Assembly (NCBI GenBank): GCA_017499595.2
Contig: CM039005.1
Span: 2,170,001-2,234,000 of the forward strand
Length of the DNA stretch: 64,000 nucleotides
Source of the DNA: Psilocybe cubensis
Lineage: Eukaryota
Direction of reading: 5' to 3'
The translations under genes were made by a program, and so were the position numbers. Positions 27,663-42,064 of the stretch are shown here, piece after piece. Numbering within the stretch: position 1 is the stretch's first letter; every line of letters starts with the position of its first letter. The notes under the pieces are model-generated. The model saw only the letters and a program-made list of their open reading frames with translations. It was not told where the DNA came from and searched no databases.

Positions 27663-28035
27663 CTGCCGCTGTTCCTTCTCTCTTCGCTGTGCTATGTCTT
27701 CGTGACTGGATTATATGGGTTATTTTGTGTTTTCTTCTTCATTCCATTGCTGACTCTTCATTTGTACAATACTTGACTTTCATATCCACGTTTGTGCTCA
27801 ACTGTATAGTGCCCCTACTGGGTTTATCTTATCTCAGCTTATGTAATTATCTTCTTCACCCCGCACTCTTACGGCACGACCTCGAGTCTTGATTATTGCA
27901 TGCACGGCTTCCGTATCTCTTAATCGCGGACAGCCATCGTCGCTTCCCTGCACACCATTTCCTGTAGAATATCTGACATACAACCTCTACAACACATTCA
28001 GAAGGCAGAACCTACACGACTACCAGGGATCATAG

Positions 28036-30332
28036 ATGGTCGCCCCTCTCTACACCACCGCCTCTGGGCTCCTGTTTCACGCAGGTAAGATCCTGGTTAT
28101 CACCATCGGACTTCCAGCAAGAGGAAAGACCCACATATCGCGCGCGCTCGAGCGGTACCTGCGTTGGATGGGCGTCAAAACCCAGGTCGTCTCTCTGGGC
28201 GACTACCGACGCAAGACGCTTGGCGGCGCACAGAAGCTGCCCCCCGACTACTTCACGCACGGTGCGTCATCTTTTGCATACACGGTCCCAATTCCCAGAT
28301 TTGCTTTCTGATAGGTTGGTATGATACAGGTGAGAAGAGTCCTGAGACGGACGCGCTGAGGAAGAAGGTTCAGAATGGGTGCGAGAAGCTGATTTGGGAT
28401 TACTTTGAAAGCGGAGGACAGGTTGTTATCTACGACGCGAATAACGGCACTAGAGCGGCGCGTCATGCTCTTGCGGAGAAATTCGACAAAGCAGGCATAC
28501 ACGTTGTATTGCTCGGTGCGTTCTGCCCATATCTATCTGAGTTTTTTGCTTTATTCATGGTGGGAGGCGCATGTCGCAGAATCGTTGTGCGATAATAAGG
28601 AAATCATCGAGACGAATATCCGGAATGTGAAGATATCATCTCCAGATGTCTGTCGACCTTCTTTCTATCTCCGGCTTATATTTCTTACCGTAAAGCATTC
28701 ACATTATCCAGTACAAAGGCTGGGACCCAGATCTCGCTGTCCAAGATTACTACACACGAATTCGCGGGCACGAGGAATACTACGAGACAGTTGAAGAGCG
28801 CACTTGGCCATACATCAAGATTATCAACGTTAGTAGCTCATTTCTTATCTAATTTCAATCCTCTAAATGATATATTTTAGGTCGGAGAGAAGATCATCTT
28901 AAATGTAAGATGCCTAAAGCCATATGAACCACCTTATTTACTCTTCCAATGATTTTATAGGACATCCAAGGATATCTTCAAGTGCGTACCCTCTCCTCGT
29001 CAAGACACATTACAAGACAATGACCTAATTCCGATCTCTCGTAGTCGCGCATCGTTTTCTTCCTCATGAACATCCACAACAGATTCCGTACCATTTACTT
29101 TGCACGAGTCAGTTCCTTAGCCAACTACTGTATCTAACAATCTGAGTTGACCATGATATTTATTAGTCTGGCCAATCTCTAATTGAACATTCATACAAAG
29201 CTGACTCCGACCTTTCGCCCGCTGGATGGGAGTACGCGGAAAGACTTAAGGACTTCGTTCTCGAACGACGCGCAAAGAGCCTCGAACAGAGAGGAATTGA
29301 TCCTTCGGAGAGGAAATTAGTGGTCAGTTTCCTCTCTCTCTACGACTGAGAGTCCTGCATGTCTGCTTTGCTCACTTTGCCATGATGGTATAGATCTGGA
29401 CCTCGACACGGAGACGCGCACACCACACCGCATGGCCTTTCGTCGCCTCGACCTCCTCGTCTTCTCAACTTTCTCAGTCTTCCATTCCGCCGCACATTCC
29501 TGTGGATACTATTGAAACGCTCAAAGAATCTCCAGAGCTCCTATCCACCTCGCCCGACTCGATCCTTCCATCCGAACCTCTCTCCCGAGGACCACCGATG
29601 CCTACTACTGCTCCAGTGAAGAAATCACCACCTTTGCCTTCTCAGATCAAGATTGTCGAGAAGCCGCAGATGCTCGAGATCAATCCCGGGATTTGGGATG
29701 GTCTGAGCCCTGAGCAGGCGAAGAAGTATTATCCTGAGGATTGGGATAGATTCACGAAAGACCCCTATTCATACAGAGCTCCAAGAGCAGAGAGTTATCA
29801 CGATCTAAGTGGTATGCTTCGTCACCCTCGCCTCCGTCATTCATCCGCTAACGTATTAAACATCAAAATTTCTTCAGTTAGAATAGAGCCTATACTAATT
29901 GAGCTGGAGCGGGAACAAGAAGATCTCCTCATCATTGGACACGCGTCCGTCATCCGCTGCCTGCTCGCGTACCTCATCGGGCTGCCCGCGTCCGAAATTC
30001 CCGCCATCGAGATTGCGCGCGGCGACCTGCTCGAAGTCGTGCCGGCCTCATACGGCGTGCACAGTCATGCGTTCCACTTCTGGGACGGCCCAGGGCGCCG
30101 CGGGGAGGGCGACCACGATATCGGTAAGGACGCGAACAACTTTTATGAGAATTACGCGGAGAGTACCAAGGGGAAGCGCAAGGTCGCGGTAGAGGAGGCA
30201 CACGGGCACGAGCTTGCGGCCGGTGCGCAGAATGGAGGTGTCGACGTGGACAAGACGCCCGTAGTTGAGAAGAAGGCATTTGTGCCAGACACGCCGACGA
30301 TTAACGTCGTGCGGTTAGATCTAGGAGCGTAA
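28036..30332 (+). CDS. 6-phosphofructo-2-kinase/fructose-2,6-bisphosphatase-like protein (resembles yeast YLR345W), multi-exon
   Basis: GLPARGKT P-loop, SLGDYRR, YDANN, YLQSRIVFFLMNIH, AESYHDL, IIGHASVIRCLLAY. Confidence 0.9.
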
Positions 30333-31397
30333 TTTTTTTTTGCGTTGAATCTCTGTTATGAATAATAGCAAACCAAACCTATTTGTACACACTAAACCTA
30401 TACAAAATGTGCCATGTGAGTAACAGATTTGCATACCACCTGTTCTATGCTTTGTGAACCAATGTTTTTGTAAGGCATTTGCATTGACGTGCTTGATGCC
30501 ATCGTTATTTTGGTGATGTATTTTCTAGACTGAATCACATTCTACTTGACGCAGTGAAATGACCTTTGAAATGTATTCAGGATCCCCGACATCCCCGTAC
30601 TACTCTGTCAGTGGACCCACAACAACCTAAATCGATACTAACCCCAATCGACAACATCTCGGTGCCGCTTACTCTGTCTCATCCCGAAGGGCCAAATGAT
30701 CATGTAGCGCGCGAGCGATCAAAAAAAAAAATTGGGACCCACACACTCGGTACCGAAATTTCTAGCAGTACCCATGGACCAAGCGCCCATGCCCAGTATC
30801 ACCCAAGCATCGGTGCTGGAGATCCGTTCATCCGTAAGCACAGATGGCCAGAGCACCTTCGTGCAACTCGGTTCCGCGTCCGCATACAGGCAGTACGATG
30901 GACCAAGCGCTTACCTGTACGCTTCTGGCCTTCGGATGCGCTTCGCATCCGATGGTCATAGAGTTCGCGTTGACCCTCCAACAAACCCAGTTGAAGAAAT
31001 ATTTGACTATTCGGATAGTTGTTAACAATAGCTAAAAATCAAATCATAGTTTCGAGTGTTTAGAATGACAAACAGGGGTCTTCCTTGCAATTTCAGGTAA
31101 CGTCGAATGTGGACTGCACTGCCTTCTGTGCAAATTTCTCAATTCTTGGATAGTCCTATCCCTTTATACATCGAACTTACAATGTATAATGTGAAACCTT
31201 CAATGTAAATATTTCAATTATTGCTGGGCAGTGGGTCCTCAAAGTCCAGTAAATTCGAATTCCTGCTCCCATGGTTGTTCATTTACTCAAGTAGAAAAAA
31301 AAATTCAATCATTAAGGAAATTACAAGTCATACAGGAAAGCAAAATCATAGCTACTTCGTAACGATATCTAAATATACAAGTACATAATAACTGCAA

Positions 31398-33867
31398 TCA
31401 AATCTTGCTTTTACTATCTTTCGAGTCGATTTCGCTCGCACTTGCAGTGTCGTGTTCGGAATCATTTTGTCTAGAGTCATGTTCCGGACTGTGTTCGTCG
31501 TATACCATGCCGGAAACGTCAATTTCTTCGAATTTCGTGTACACCCCTGGCACAGGGAAAATTTTGTTGAGGATGATATAAATCAGCGCTGACACGCCAA
31601 AGCCTGTGAAGAAGGACATCTGGTAGATCCGTGTAGCTGCCAAAGGTACGGTTCTGCCGGCTATACGCAGACCATGAGTTACCAGCGTGATTTATAACGT
31701 CAAAGCACTTACTAGCACCGGCGAAGCCAACGACGTTGATGAGAATGCCAGCGATATATGCTGCATAAGCACTACAAAGCGATTAGCACACAAAACGAGC
31801 ATATGGGTTGCGAGTGTTTGTACCGGAAGTTAATTCCATAGGTATATTTATACCATCCACCCTTATGCGCGTCGTAGAGGTCCGCGACATTGTAATGGCC
31901 ACGGCGGATCACGTAGTATTCCGTGATCTTTGTAAATAGTTGTCCAGTCAGCTGAAAGGGATGAACGAACGATGAGGCCATCCACATACCATGACACCAG
32001 CAATAGAGCTCAGGAAGACAGAGTACGCAGAGAGGTACGAGGTAAAGCTGCTGCTGCTCTTTAGAAGATTCCATGGAAGCATGCAAAGTCCAACAATAGC
32101 AGCGATGTATCCACCACGGCGGATATTCTATTTAGCAGGCGCCAAAAAACTTCTCGTCAAAACTAATAAACCTCGAGGCTTTGATATTGCTTACAATGAA
32201 ACGGGGCAAGAGAGATGTCAAATCACATCCAGCACTGATCGAATTAGCAGAGATATTGGTTCCCAACTGCGCAATAATGAATGCAAAAGAGATGAACCAG
32301 ACCTAACACAAAATAAGCATCATTTAAAGTTAACATTGAGTAATTAAGCGGAGCATTAATTCAAAAGAAACATACACCAAAGCGTGTTGCGCTGGACGGA
32401 CCATCATCCAAAAATTTCCCAAGAAGGTCAATGGGCGACCAAATGGCTTCACCATAAATGTTCTCGGAGGAGGAACTGACGATAATTCCGAGGAAACTGA
32501 CCACCGAGAACGAGATTGGCACAGAAAAGAACTGAGGCCAGAGCGCTGCCGATGGAGTAGTGGCACGAGACGCAAAATCGGGAGCATTGCTGTCATCCGT
32601 ACACCGATGTCAATACATTATACCCCATGAAGGAACTTAAAAAGAATGTGAAGGAAAGTAATACCCACGTGACAAGAGTAGCCATGTTGCTGATGCACGA
32701 CATGAGACTGACGACCATCGCCCATCCCAGCTCCGAGCCATGGATTTCAGAAGGACGAGAGATAATAGGACCGACGCCCTTCGCCTTCACGATACACCAA
32801 ATGAAGAAAGTGATGCCTGCAATCGGTGTAACAATCGATTTGAGAGTGAACAAGTGGCGGCTGGAAATTAAGTTTTATAAATAAGCGAAACGGTTTGACA
32901 GATTTAAGCGAGAAATAGTGCTGCGATAACATGACCGGCAGGCTGTGATCGTTGACAACAGGCAAGAAAGAGGGTGCTCACATTTGATGAATTGGGAACC
33001 AAATAGCAGGCAATGAAATCAACCAGAACAGGAAAAAACACATAAAGTCGCGTGTCGTCGTTCCAGAAGATGCAGGCAGGTGGTTGGCTAGATATGACAA
33101 GCATAATACAGAAACAAGGTTTCATCGACGTTTCGTGAGAATGGTGCATCGTGTACCGAAGAGCAAATGCGATGGGGTGCAGAAAGAAAACTCACGAATA
33201 TCGTTCACACTAGGCCACATTGCCCGGAGCATCACTTTGACGCAGTCTCCACCGATACTCGCCTGGACACCGTACCAGATACTGCGCTGGAAGTAAGTTG
33301 CCATAAAAAGGCGGCACAAAAATATGGCGCTGACCAGGCCATGACACCGCGGTTGAATGTACACCACAAACTCCCATATAATCCAAAGCTCGTGCGGGCA
33401 ACGACAGGGAACGTGACATGGAAGATTGCACCAGGCCGGGCGTTTAACACAATGAAAGGCGCAACGATGCCGTAGCCGAGCCATACGCATAGCCAGGCTT
33501 GCCACCAGGACAGCTTTAACTGAACCATCGATGAAACAATCATCCAACTGGAGGGCACGGATCAGAATATTAGCGTTTGCTACGAGATTCGGCACTCACG
33601 TATTAACATTAAACGAATCAGCGATCCAGCTGAGGAGCATGCTTAAGCAATGCAGATCATTAGAAGGTTAATGTTATGACGTACAAAGATACAAAATTTC
33701 TGGCTTTCCATTTCCTCTCCTCTGGAGGTACCGGAACCAAATCATTGTTCTGTGAAGGTTATCAGAATAGAATTTCTGAAAATTAAGATCACACCGACAC
33801 TCAAAAACATCTGAGAGTACGTCAACCCAGGTGCATGAGGCACCTCAAGCTTCTCGAGAATTCCCAT
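31398..33867 (-). CDS. NCS1 nucleobase/uracil permease (Fur4/Dal4-like), multi-exon
   Basis: [69 protein letters not shown]. Confidence 0.92.
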
Positions 33868-35754
33868 ATTGAGTGCCTACTAGCTTGCAGCACGATAGAA
33901 CCGTCGAATTAAGGCAAGTAAGACCCCAACAAGATCAGGCAGGGACACAGCGCGCAATGAGGACAGGAGAAGGTTGACAGGACAGGGCAGACCTCTGGAG
34001 AAAAAAGAAGCTCCAACCCGTGCTCCTTCTTAAGGCCCCCCACTTATCTCCTTCGAAGCACATCATCCCGCGCCGAAGGCGCTAAGTCTTATTGAGAGGA
34101 TGGCAAGAAATCCAATGTCAGATAGTCAATAGATAAGCCACCATCATCCCATTAGCCGCTAGTTCAAGATAAAGTGGGCTCCTAAATTCTCTCCTGACCT
34201 CCACATTCAATTTTCAGGCAACAAATGCCAAACGGCGATCTGCAAATTGATATCTATGTAAAGATTGCAAACAGATGACGATAGGAATATTTAGTACCCA
34301 TCTTATCATGGTCTGGTCATATCCACGAACCGTCCAGAGTCCTGGGGGATCACTTCATCAGGTGATAATCATGTTCGGTTCTCATTGGTCTCCTAATAGG
34401 ACTCGAACGTCAGAGTGATAAGATAAGAACCATATTTAGCGACATTGCCGCCACCAAACTGTTCCCTACGGCCTATGAGAATCGTCAAAGTGTAACCAAA
34501 TGTATGTCCAGCGTAGGAGAAAGCGTACCTCAGAACATTGTTCTGTAGAAAGCCAAGTCCTTGAGACGACTCTGCCACTTGTTTTTCGATACTAGAAGAA
34601 AAGTTTAGGCTCTCGACCGGCTTTTGAGATGGCCAGAAAGAGCTGGTCTATGCTGGGTACTGCTGCGTACAGTGGCCAAGGTATGTTCTGACATATAGTA
34701 GCGTCGTATTTGACGCCATGGAGAGTCTTGAATTTGAACAGTGGAGTTCGAGAACGGTAAGACCAAGAAAACGTACCGTCAAGATGTGCAAACTGGACGT
34801 GCATCATTGGTCGGACCTTTCCGAATCAACAATATTAATCGCGGCCACGTGATATTATCCTGGAATCTTCTCCTGGGTCTTGAGTCCTCCCGGTCCTCGT
34901 GTTTTTTGTTCGGACGGCCGAAGTATCAATCGACCGATGGTCTTCACAGCAAATAACGTCGAATACGAGGTCGTATATGATGTAAAACGTGTGTCATTCG
35001 TCATCAAAGGCGACCTCCAACATATACATCGTTTTTTATATAAATAGATGATGAAGAAAGAAAGAGATGAGAAATGATAGCAGTTACACGGACAGCGATG
35101 AAGACAAATCAAGGTTGTGGCGAGAAGAGGAACTGTTAGCGATGGGAAGAAATGAAGATAGAGGCAAGAAATAAAATAAATGAGATGAAAGATGAAGAAA
35201 TGACCAAGCCAGGATGATTGGGTTGAGATGGTGATTTTAAATATGTCGGATTGTATGAATGATGATTGAAAATTGCAATGTGTTGAAAAAGGTGCAGTGG
35301 GTGATAAATGAAGATGGGAATAAAAAGAAAAAAGTGAATGGATGCATAGCTTGAAATGAGCAAACAGAGTATCCGAGGCATGCTTGTGAATAGGTGAAGG
35401 TAACAAATGAAAAGTGATAAACCCAAAAATGAAAGAAGAGATGACGGAGTAGATCGATGGAAGAGAAAAAAAGCTTCATCATGCAGGGTTAGGTGATAAA
35501 TACGGAAGAGAGACCCAGAAAATGACGGAGGATTCCATGCTAGGTATCTCGTTGCTGATACAAATCGGCGAAGATATGCGTGCAGTTTAAATTAAGAAAC
35601 AACGTGTTGTGCGTTCGTATTCAGAAAGCGTTCCAACTGGGCTGATGGCCGGAGGTATACCGTAGGTGAGTTAGTATATCGAGGGTGGTTATGCAAGTGT
35701 GCTGCGCGCAAGGTGTGTGTCGCTGAGAAGGCGAGGCAATCGGATGTACATTCT

Positions 35755-36703
35755 TTACAATCCTTCAGAAGGGGAGATAGTCCCAGAACGCGAGGCCTTG
35801 GACGTAAGGGATGTAGGGGAGCAGAAGGTGAACGCCGCATAGATTTGTTTCCGTTCAGGAGTAGAGAATGTGCGTGGCGCTGATGGCTGTTCGGAAAAGG
35901 CTCGAAGACGAGATGCGGCAGGAGGGCAGAACAGCGCCTGAGACGGCTGGAAGTAGTCACGAATCTCAGGTTCAACGGAAGATGCCTGTAGAAATGAAGT
36001 GGTTAGAGGCTTCGTTAAATTTTAAGATGAAGACGAGAGGTACCTTTGCTGTGCCAAATTTGACCTTGTCAAATTTAACTTTCTCCTCAGAGCCACCAGC
36101 CACGGCGTTAGCAAAACCATCAAAAATAGATGACTCTTCGTATGCCTGAGAGACATCAGCCAGGGGCTTGACAGTCAAATCGTAGCAGCGAGAATCGATA
36201 TCTGCCTGCGTGGACTGCTCCTTTTCAGCTTCTTCTACCTCCGCCAACTTGGGCAACGGAGAAACCTTGCTCGAACCAGTACGGTTGTTGGAACTCTTCT
36301 TCAATGACCCAGATCCCTTAACATCCTTCTTGACTTTAGTTTTGGATGCAGATGAAACGGTAGGTTTGGTGACACCCGAGGCCGAGGGTTTCCGCTTCTT
36401 CTTTTCCGGCTCCGAGTGGCCCTCTTGCTCTTTCTTCGATTTTACGGGGGGCAAAGGCTTTGCAGAGAGGACTGCTGTCTTACGTTTCTTCGCAGCGGTA
36501 GAGGGACCCGCCCTTTCGCCGGTGAGCGGATTATAGTTTTCCTTATCCAGAGGAGCCGACTCGCCCGCAGCTGTGGCACTCTTGGCCGACAAAATGTTGC
36601 GCGTTGCAGAGCGCGTGGTCATCGCCGTCGGACGAGATACTTTGGGCTGGGTATCTTTGCTTGGGGCATCGTCTTGGAAAACGGTGAAGCTACGAAGAGA
36701 CAT
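35755..36703 (-). CDS. Lys/Ser-rich disordered protein with APC/C degron-like motifs (2 exons)
   Basis: Exon 1 MSLRSFTVFQDD...KFGTAK; GT-AG intron at about 36041-35986; exon 2 ASSVEPEIRDYF...SPSEGL*. Contains FTVFQD, RNIL and DKENYNP. Confidence 0.7.
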
Positions 36704-38684
36704 GCTTGTACTTGGTAGGCAAATGAGATCGACACGAGGCGAGTGTGAGCTGGAGATTAACGAGAAAAGGTTACGAGAGCCAATGTAGTGATCACAGACG
36801 CTGCCAATCGATACCGAGAGGTAGAGTTGATGGCCAACCGCCGTTGAGGGGGAACTCTATGAGGTTGGATAGAGTAGAAGAACAAGGTCAAGTTGAACGT
36901 TTTCGCCCAACCTAAACTTAAAACAGGAATATGTCACGTGCAGCGCATAACAAGAATAACGGCGCGTCGGAAACCACGTGAAACATACCGACCTCCCGGG
37001 ATGCGTGCCTCGTAGCCCGACCCTCATCGCATTGACGTAGTCTCAACCTCGTTGTCATCAGAGATGTCTGGGGCATTTCATTTCGCTGTATCTTCGCTCT
37101 CCGTGCCAAATTGGCTGACTAGTCAAGGTCTAGCAGTGTTGTTCTTACATATACCCCTTCATTGCACCTTATCGTGGATCTTAAACAAACCGGATACTGT
37201 CAATGTTCGTCAGATTTCTTGAAGCTTCATGACAGATTTCTCTATTATTTTTTACAGTCCTTTCGCCACCTTACTTCTGCGAGTACAGGACTACTGGTAC
37301 CGGCTAGTTCTGCCGGTGATCCCTGAGTGAGGGGAATGATTGCCGGCGTGCCATCCTTTTTTGCTTTGAACTCTCACCTTCGTTTCTAGCTTATCATGTT
37401 TCTCATTCACTTCGACAAACACGTTGCATGAAATGGACCCCAGTATCCTTCGGGTCTTCGTGTTCTTGTTGCTTTGATGGCATGCTTACAACTCAAACAT
37501 TTGTCACTCTTTCTTCTCAGAGCCTTCCGAAGCATGCAGAATCATCCATAACGCGCGCATTCAAGGCGTCAATGATCATTTCATCGCCCGTTGTGCGTAC
37601 AATATTGATATTGAAGACCTATCTTTACATCTTTTGTCTGCGGTGAGCGGACATGTTTTCATTGGCTATGTTTTTCCGAGATGACGCAACGCCTCTCAAT
37701 CTATACTCGTTAGATGCAGCGTCTATCTCGTCTTAAATCCGTGCCTATCTTAGGGTTATGTTCTAATTGCTGCTGGCCAGTGAAAGCATTGCATTAACTG
37801 TTCGATCACATATCGCCTGTGATAAGCAATTGCCTGTAACGGTCACCCTTTGTTATTGGATGCAATGTCTGACTTCGCCGGGTGGCCGAAGTAATTTTTA
37901 TGTCCTTAACATTCTCTGATGAGTATATTGGCTGTTCATCAGCGTTTGCATTCAGAAACTCAGACACAGTAGGTAAAAGGTAATACTGACCCATTCTGTC
38001 AGATTTACAATTGCCGGACCCTTATGGATTAACTCATATCTCTGACGGAACGCCTCGCGTCGACTGGGCCAGTTCGAACTCTTGGGCCCGTTTTGTTAAT
38101 CTGAGTTAGGACACTAAATATGGACCTCTTCCTATGCGATCACCCTCTCGATCTCGGTCACTGGACTCGTAAGGCTCCGTACTGTGCAGATCGATGGAAT
38201 GAAGAGGCCATCCATTGCATTCAGTCCGCGACCGACTCCCAAGATGGGCTACGACCGCCTCGTGGCTATTATTGCTGACCATTCCCTTCCCAATCCGGTA
38301 GTCGACCGAGCCCCCGCCCCCGCTTTGTCCAGCAGCTAAATACTTCTCAAGTTATGATTCATAGAATCCTTTCGGCATTTTGCCTTTCCAAACGAAACAC
38401 TCGTCGGCAAACCATCCTGTCCAAGCGGATCAGCGTGTGGAAATCGCCTTGAGTAAGTGACTTGATACAAATTTTCCTACCTCATGTTCTACACGCACAA
38501 CAGGGGTGTCAATCACGTTGACCCCTACTCGTGCTCTTCTCTGTCCATTTATACAGAGTCCTTTGCGTCTTCGATTTTTCACTTGGAAGTCCTCGTTTGC
38601 ACTGGTGCTAACAAACCTCCTCCTCCTCCCTTTTCTCTTCTCCTCAGTTTCTTATTCGTTGCCCGGTCCTCTTTCCTGAACCCA

Positions 38685-41032
38685 ATGTCTTCGAAAGCTG
38701 CCCCCGCCGTCACTTCCCCGCTTCACCCGCCTGTCGGGACGCTCATTGATGGAGGCTCTCTAGAACTCGTCGAAGTGCTGGGCGTCGGAGGCTATGGCGT
38801 TGTCTATCGTGCAGTCGACACCACTCGCCAACCCGGAGGCCAAAAATCATACGCCGTCAAATGTCTCGTAGCCTCAGGGCACCAAACTCCGCGTCAAAGG
38901 CAGATCCATATCCGAGAAATTGCGCTGCACCAGCTCGCTTCTGCGCATCCCGGCGTAGTCACTCTTCACCGAGTAGTCGAACAGGGCACCCATACATACA
39001 TCATCATGGATTATGCGACGGACCACGATCTGTTCACCCAGATTCTACACAAATGTCGCTATCTTGGGGACGACGCTCTGATCAAGGAAGTCTTTCTCCA
39101 GCTGCTCGACGCAGTTGAATATTGCCACAATCTCGGTATCTATCACCGAGACTTGAAGCCAGAGAACATCCTCTGCTTTGACGATGGCCTTCGCATCGCC
39201 ATCACCGACTTCGGTCTTGCTACCACTGACAAGCTCAGTGACGAATTTCGCACTGGAAGCGTTTATCATATGAGTCCAGGTACGCTTTCCCTTTGTTTCA
39301 AGCTTTAAGCTTTAGTTAATCCCCCTTTCATCTCGCAGAATGCCAAGGCGGAGAGTTTGCACCGACAGGCAACTATTCCCCCATGTTCAACGACATCTGG
39401 TCTCTCGGGATCATCCTGCTCAACCTTGCGACAGGTCGTAACCCTTGGAAGTCCGCGACTCCCAGCGATCCCACCTTCCAAGCCTACTTGCGCGATCCCA
39501 TGGGCTTCCTGCCGACTGTCCTCCCCATTTCCCCTGAAGTCAACGAGATCCTCGTCAGGATGCTCGACGTTGACTGGCGCGAGCGCAGCACCCTGCGTGA
39601 GGTGCGCTACGCCATTGAGGAAATCAATAACTTCTACTCAGACGGTGTCGTCTTCGAGGGAAGTATGGCCCGCTGCCCATGGGAATCCGGTATGGATATC
39701 GACAGCGCGTCTTCGGGTACCAACCCCGAGGACATTGGCCCCCAATCGCCTACTGCCCAGGCCTTCCCCGAGGAGGTCGACCCGCAACTAGGCTCGCACT
39801 GGAGCAAGGACTCCACTTCCGATATTGTATTCGCCACTCAATCTTTGGCGCAGGAATCATCTTATGGTATTCCATGGACTAATTATTCATCCTGCGGAGC
39901 GACTTGGGCCTACGAATCCCCAGTCTCCTCCGACTCTGAGCCTGATCACTTCCGCATGGACGTTTTCGAGCGCTCTTCGACACCATCCTCTGTCCAGACG
40001 GCAGAAACCTCCCTCCCGCCTACCCCCAATCACCACGACACCTCCTTTGGCCAGAAGGCCACCAAGCCCGAGCTGCGCTCTACGTTGTTGATCAACACTA
40101 ACATCCCAAGACCGCGTATTTATGACGCCAGTGCTAGCATGACGTCCTACTCGACGGGCACCTCTATTATGCAGACTGCCATCGAATATGATCCATACTC
40201 ATCCATGTTCTTTATCAACAGCCCTATTTCTCCCGGTAAGGTGCTAGTCATGCCCGACTCAGCAATTACCGCCGTGGGCGAAGACAAAGACATGACCTCT
40301 CCTACTGTGTGGTCCGCCTCCTCTGCCACTCAGACATCCTCTCTCTCGAGCTACTCCTCTTCCTCAACCTCAAGTTCTGTCGCCGATGAGGACCTACGTT
40401 TTGCGCGCTCAAGAACACCTTCTCCGGAACCTGACGTCCATTGGACATCGTTCCCTGCTCAGGTACAGTCTCTTCAAGCTCAACAATGTCAGCTCTCTCC
40501 ATCCGTGTCAACCCAAATAACCGACGTTCTTCCTCATTCTTCAAGGCCCAACCACTCGTTCCTTTTCGCTTTCAACAAACATCCGCACGCGCACCCCACC
40601 GCCAGCGCCGCAGCTACCGTCAACACCACCTTCGCCAGTGGTACCCCCACTTCCTCTGCTAGCGGCCACAAGTCCAGCACCTTCAGCCGCCTCGCGATCA
40701 AGCTCTTCCCTCGGTCGCCATCACCGTCGACTCCATCAAGCACATCGGACTCGACGGTTTCACGTGGACGCGCTGCAACTGAAGCATCTCATTCACCCTT
40801 TGCGCGCCGCCAAACGCCTTCTCCGACACCTCACGCGGCTGCCTGGGGCCACTCTGCGGTGGCAGCGGGAAACAAGGCGGGATCTGCTTTTCAGCAAGAA
40901 CATGATGGCCGACATACCGCTGACAAAGAGGTTCAGCATGGCGGTGGCTCTTCCCCACAGCACCACCACCTTCGCTCGACCCGCCATTGGTACCTTCCTG
41001 GCCGGTTCCGGACATCTGCTGAGGTGAACTAA
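38685..41032 (+). CDS. Ser/Thr protein kinase, Ran1/Pat1 (Sks1/Vhs1)-like, with long Ser-rich tail (2 exons)
   Basis: LGVGGYGVVY, YAVKCL, REIALH, YHRDLKPEN, TDFGLAT, GSVYHMSPE, DIWSLGIILLNLATGRNPW. Confidence 0.92.
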
Positions 41033-42064
41033 TTCGACATGGTTACCTACCCTCTCCCCTTCCGATGTTTGATACATAGAGGATATTTATTCATATCCAC
41101 CATTCAGCAAAAGGCTTGATGTTTCGCTCCTTCGATTCTCTTTTTTTCTTTTTTGTTCTTTCGTCATCATTATATTTTTTTCTTCTTTCGTCATCATAGG
41201 GGACTTTGACAACGGAAATCATCAATTTGCATACTTACTACACTCATATAGCATTGTCCTCACACATCATCTGCATTTATGTATATTATCTTTTCGCATT
41301 TCGGTCGAGCATGGGGTCACATTCAAGCAATTCCCCAACCACAATCATTTTTTTTTCATGTTGTACCATCACTTTTACATGCATATTTATCTTAAATCAC
41401 TCATATATACATATGTACCACATGGATAAAAAAGCGAAGCAATGAAATATATGTAACACTTTGGAACCCGTTTCTGTGTGGCAGAAACTTTTTGTCCATT
41501 GACCTTCAAAATTGAACATTGAAGTCTCGAAGCCCCTATTGACATTGACAGGGGTCTCGCGGATCAGTCCGATGCATTTCATAGCACGTACTGACATCCA
41601 CGGTTCGAGTTTGTCCTCTACTTCCTCGACCACTGCAAGAGCTTGGTACCTCGGCCTCTAGCTTACCTTAACGATATGAATTTCTTACACTGCTTCTCAA
41701 AACGCATAACCAAGTCCACTGAATACGATACCTCACACTTTTGGGTGATGTCTTGAAGTTGATCCTACATTTATCACGAACTTTTTCCGGTGGCTTAAAG
41801 CCTTTCGCTCATCACAACGAAGTTTCGCGCACGGGGGATCATCGGTACTCTGCTCACAAGCCCAAAGCCATCGATGTAACGGCTTCCGGTCAAGCTTCTT
41901 CTCACATACATTGCGGTGCACTTTTGACGACTCGTGATCCTTGGCCATTTACTTCTGGAGCGGTCTGAGTGCAGCCGACACCCACCCTGACGATACTTAA
42001 GAAGCTGTCTACCAAGTTGAAAATGTTCAAGTCTTTGTTTTCCATCCTTAAGATCGAATAAGGG

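Noticed and set aside
34855-35482. Phe/Ser/Ile-rich ORFs on the minus strand
   Set aside because: Products of a pyrimidine-rich low-complexity tract, probably the 3' UTR of the ABBA/KEN gene.
37749-37760. TTAGGGTTA and other isolated telomere-like words (e.g. near 55300 and 63322)
   Set aside because: Single short matches expected by chance; no tandem array or structural context.
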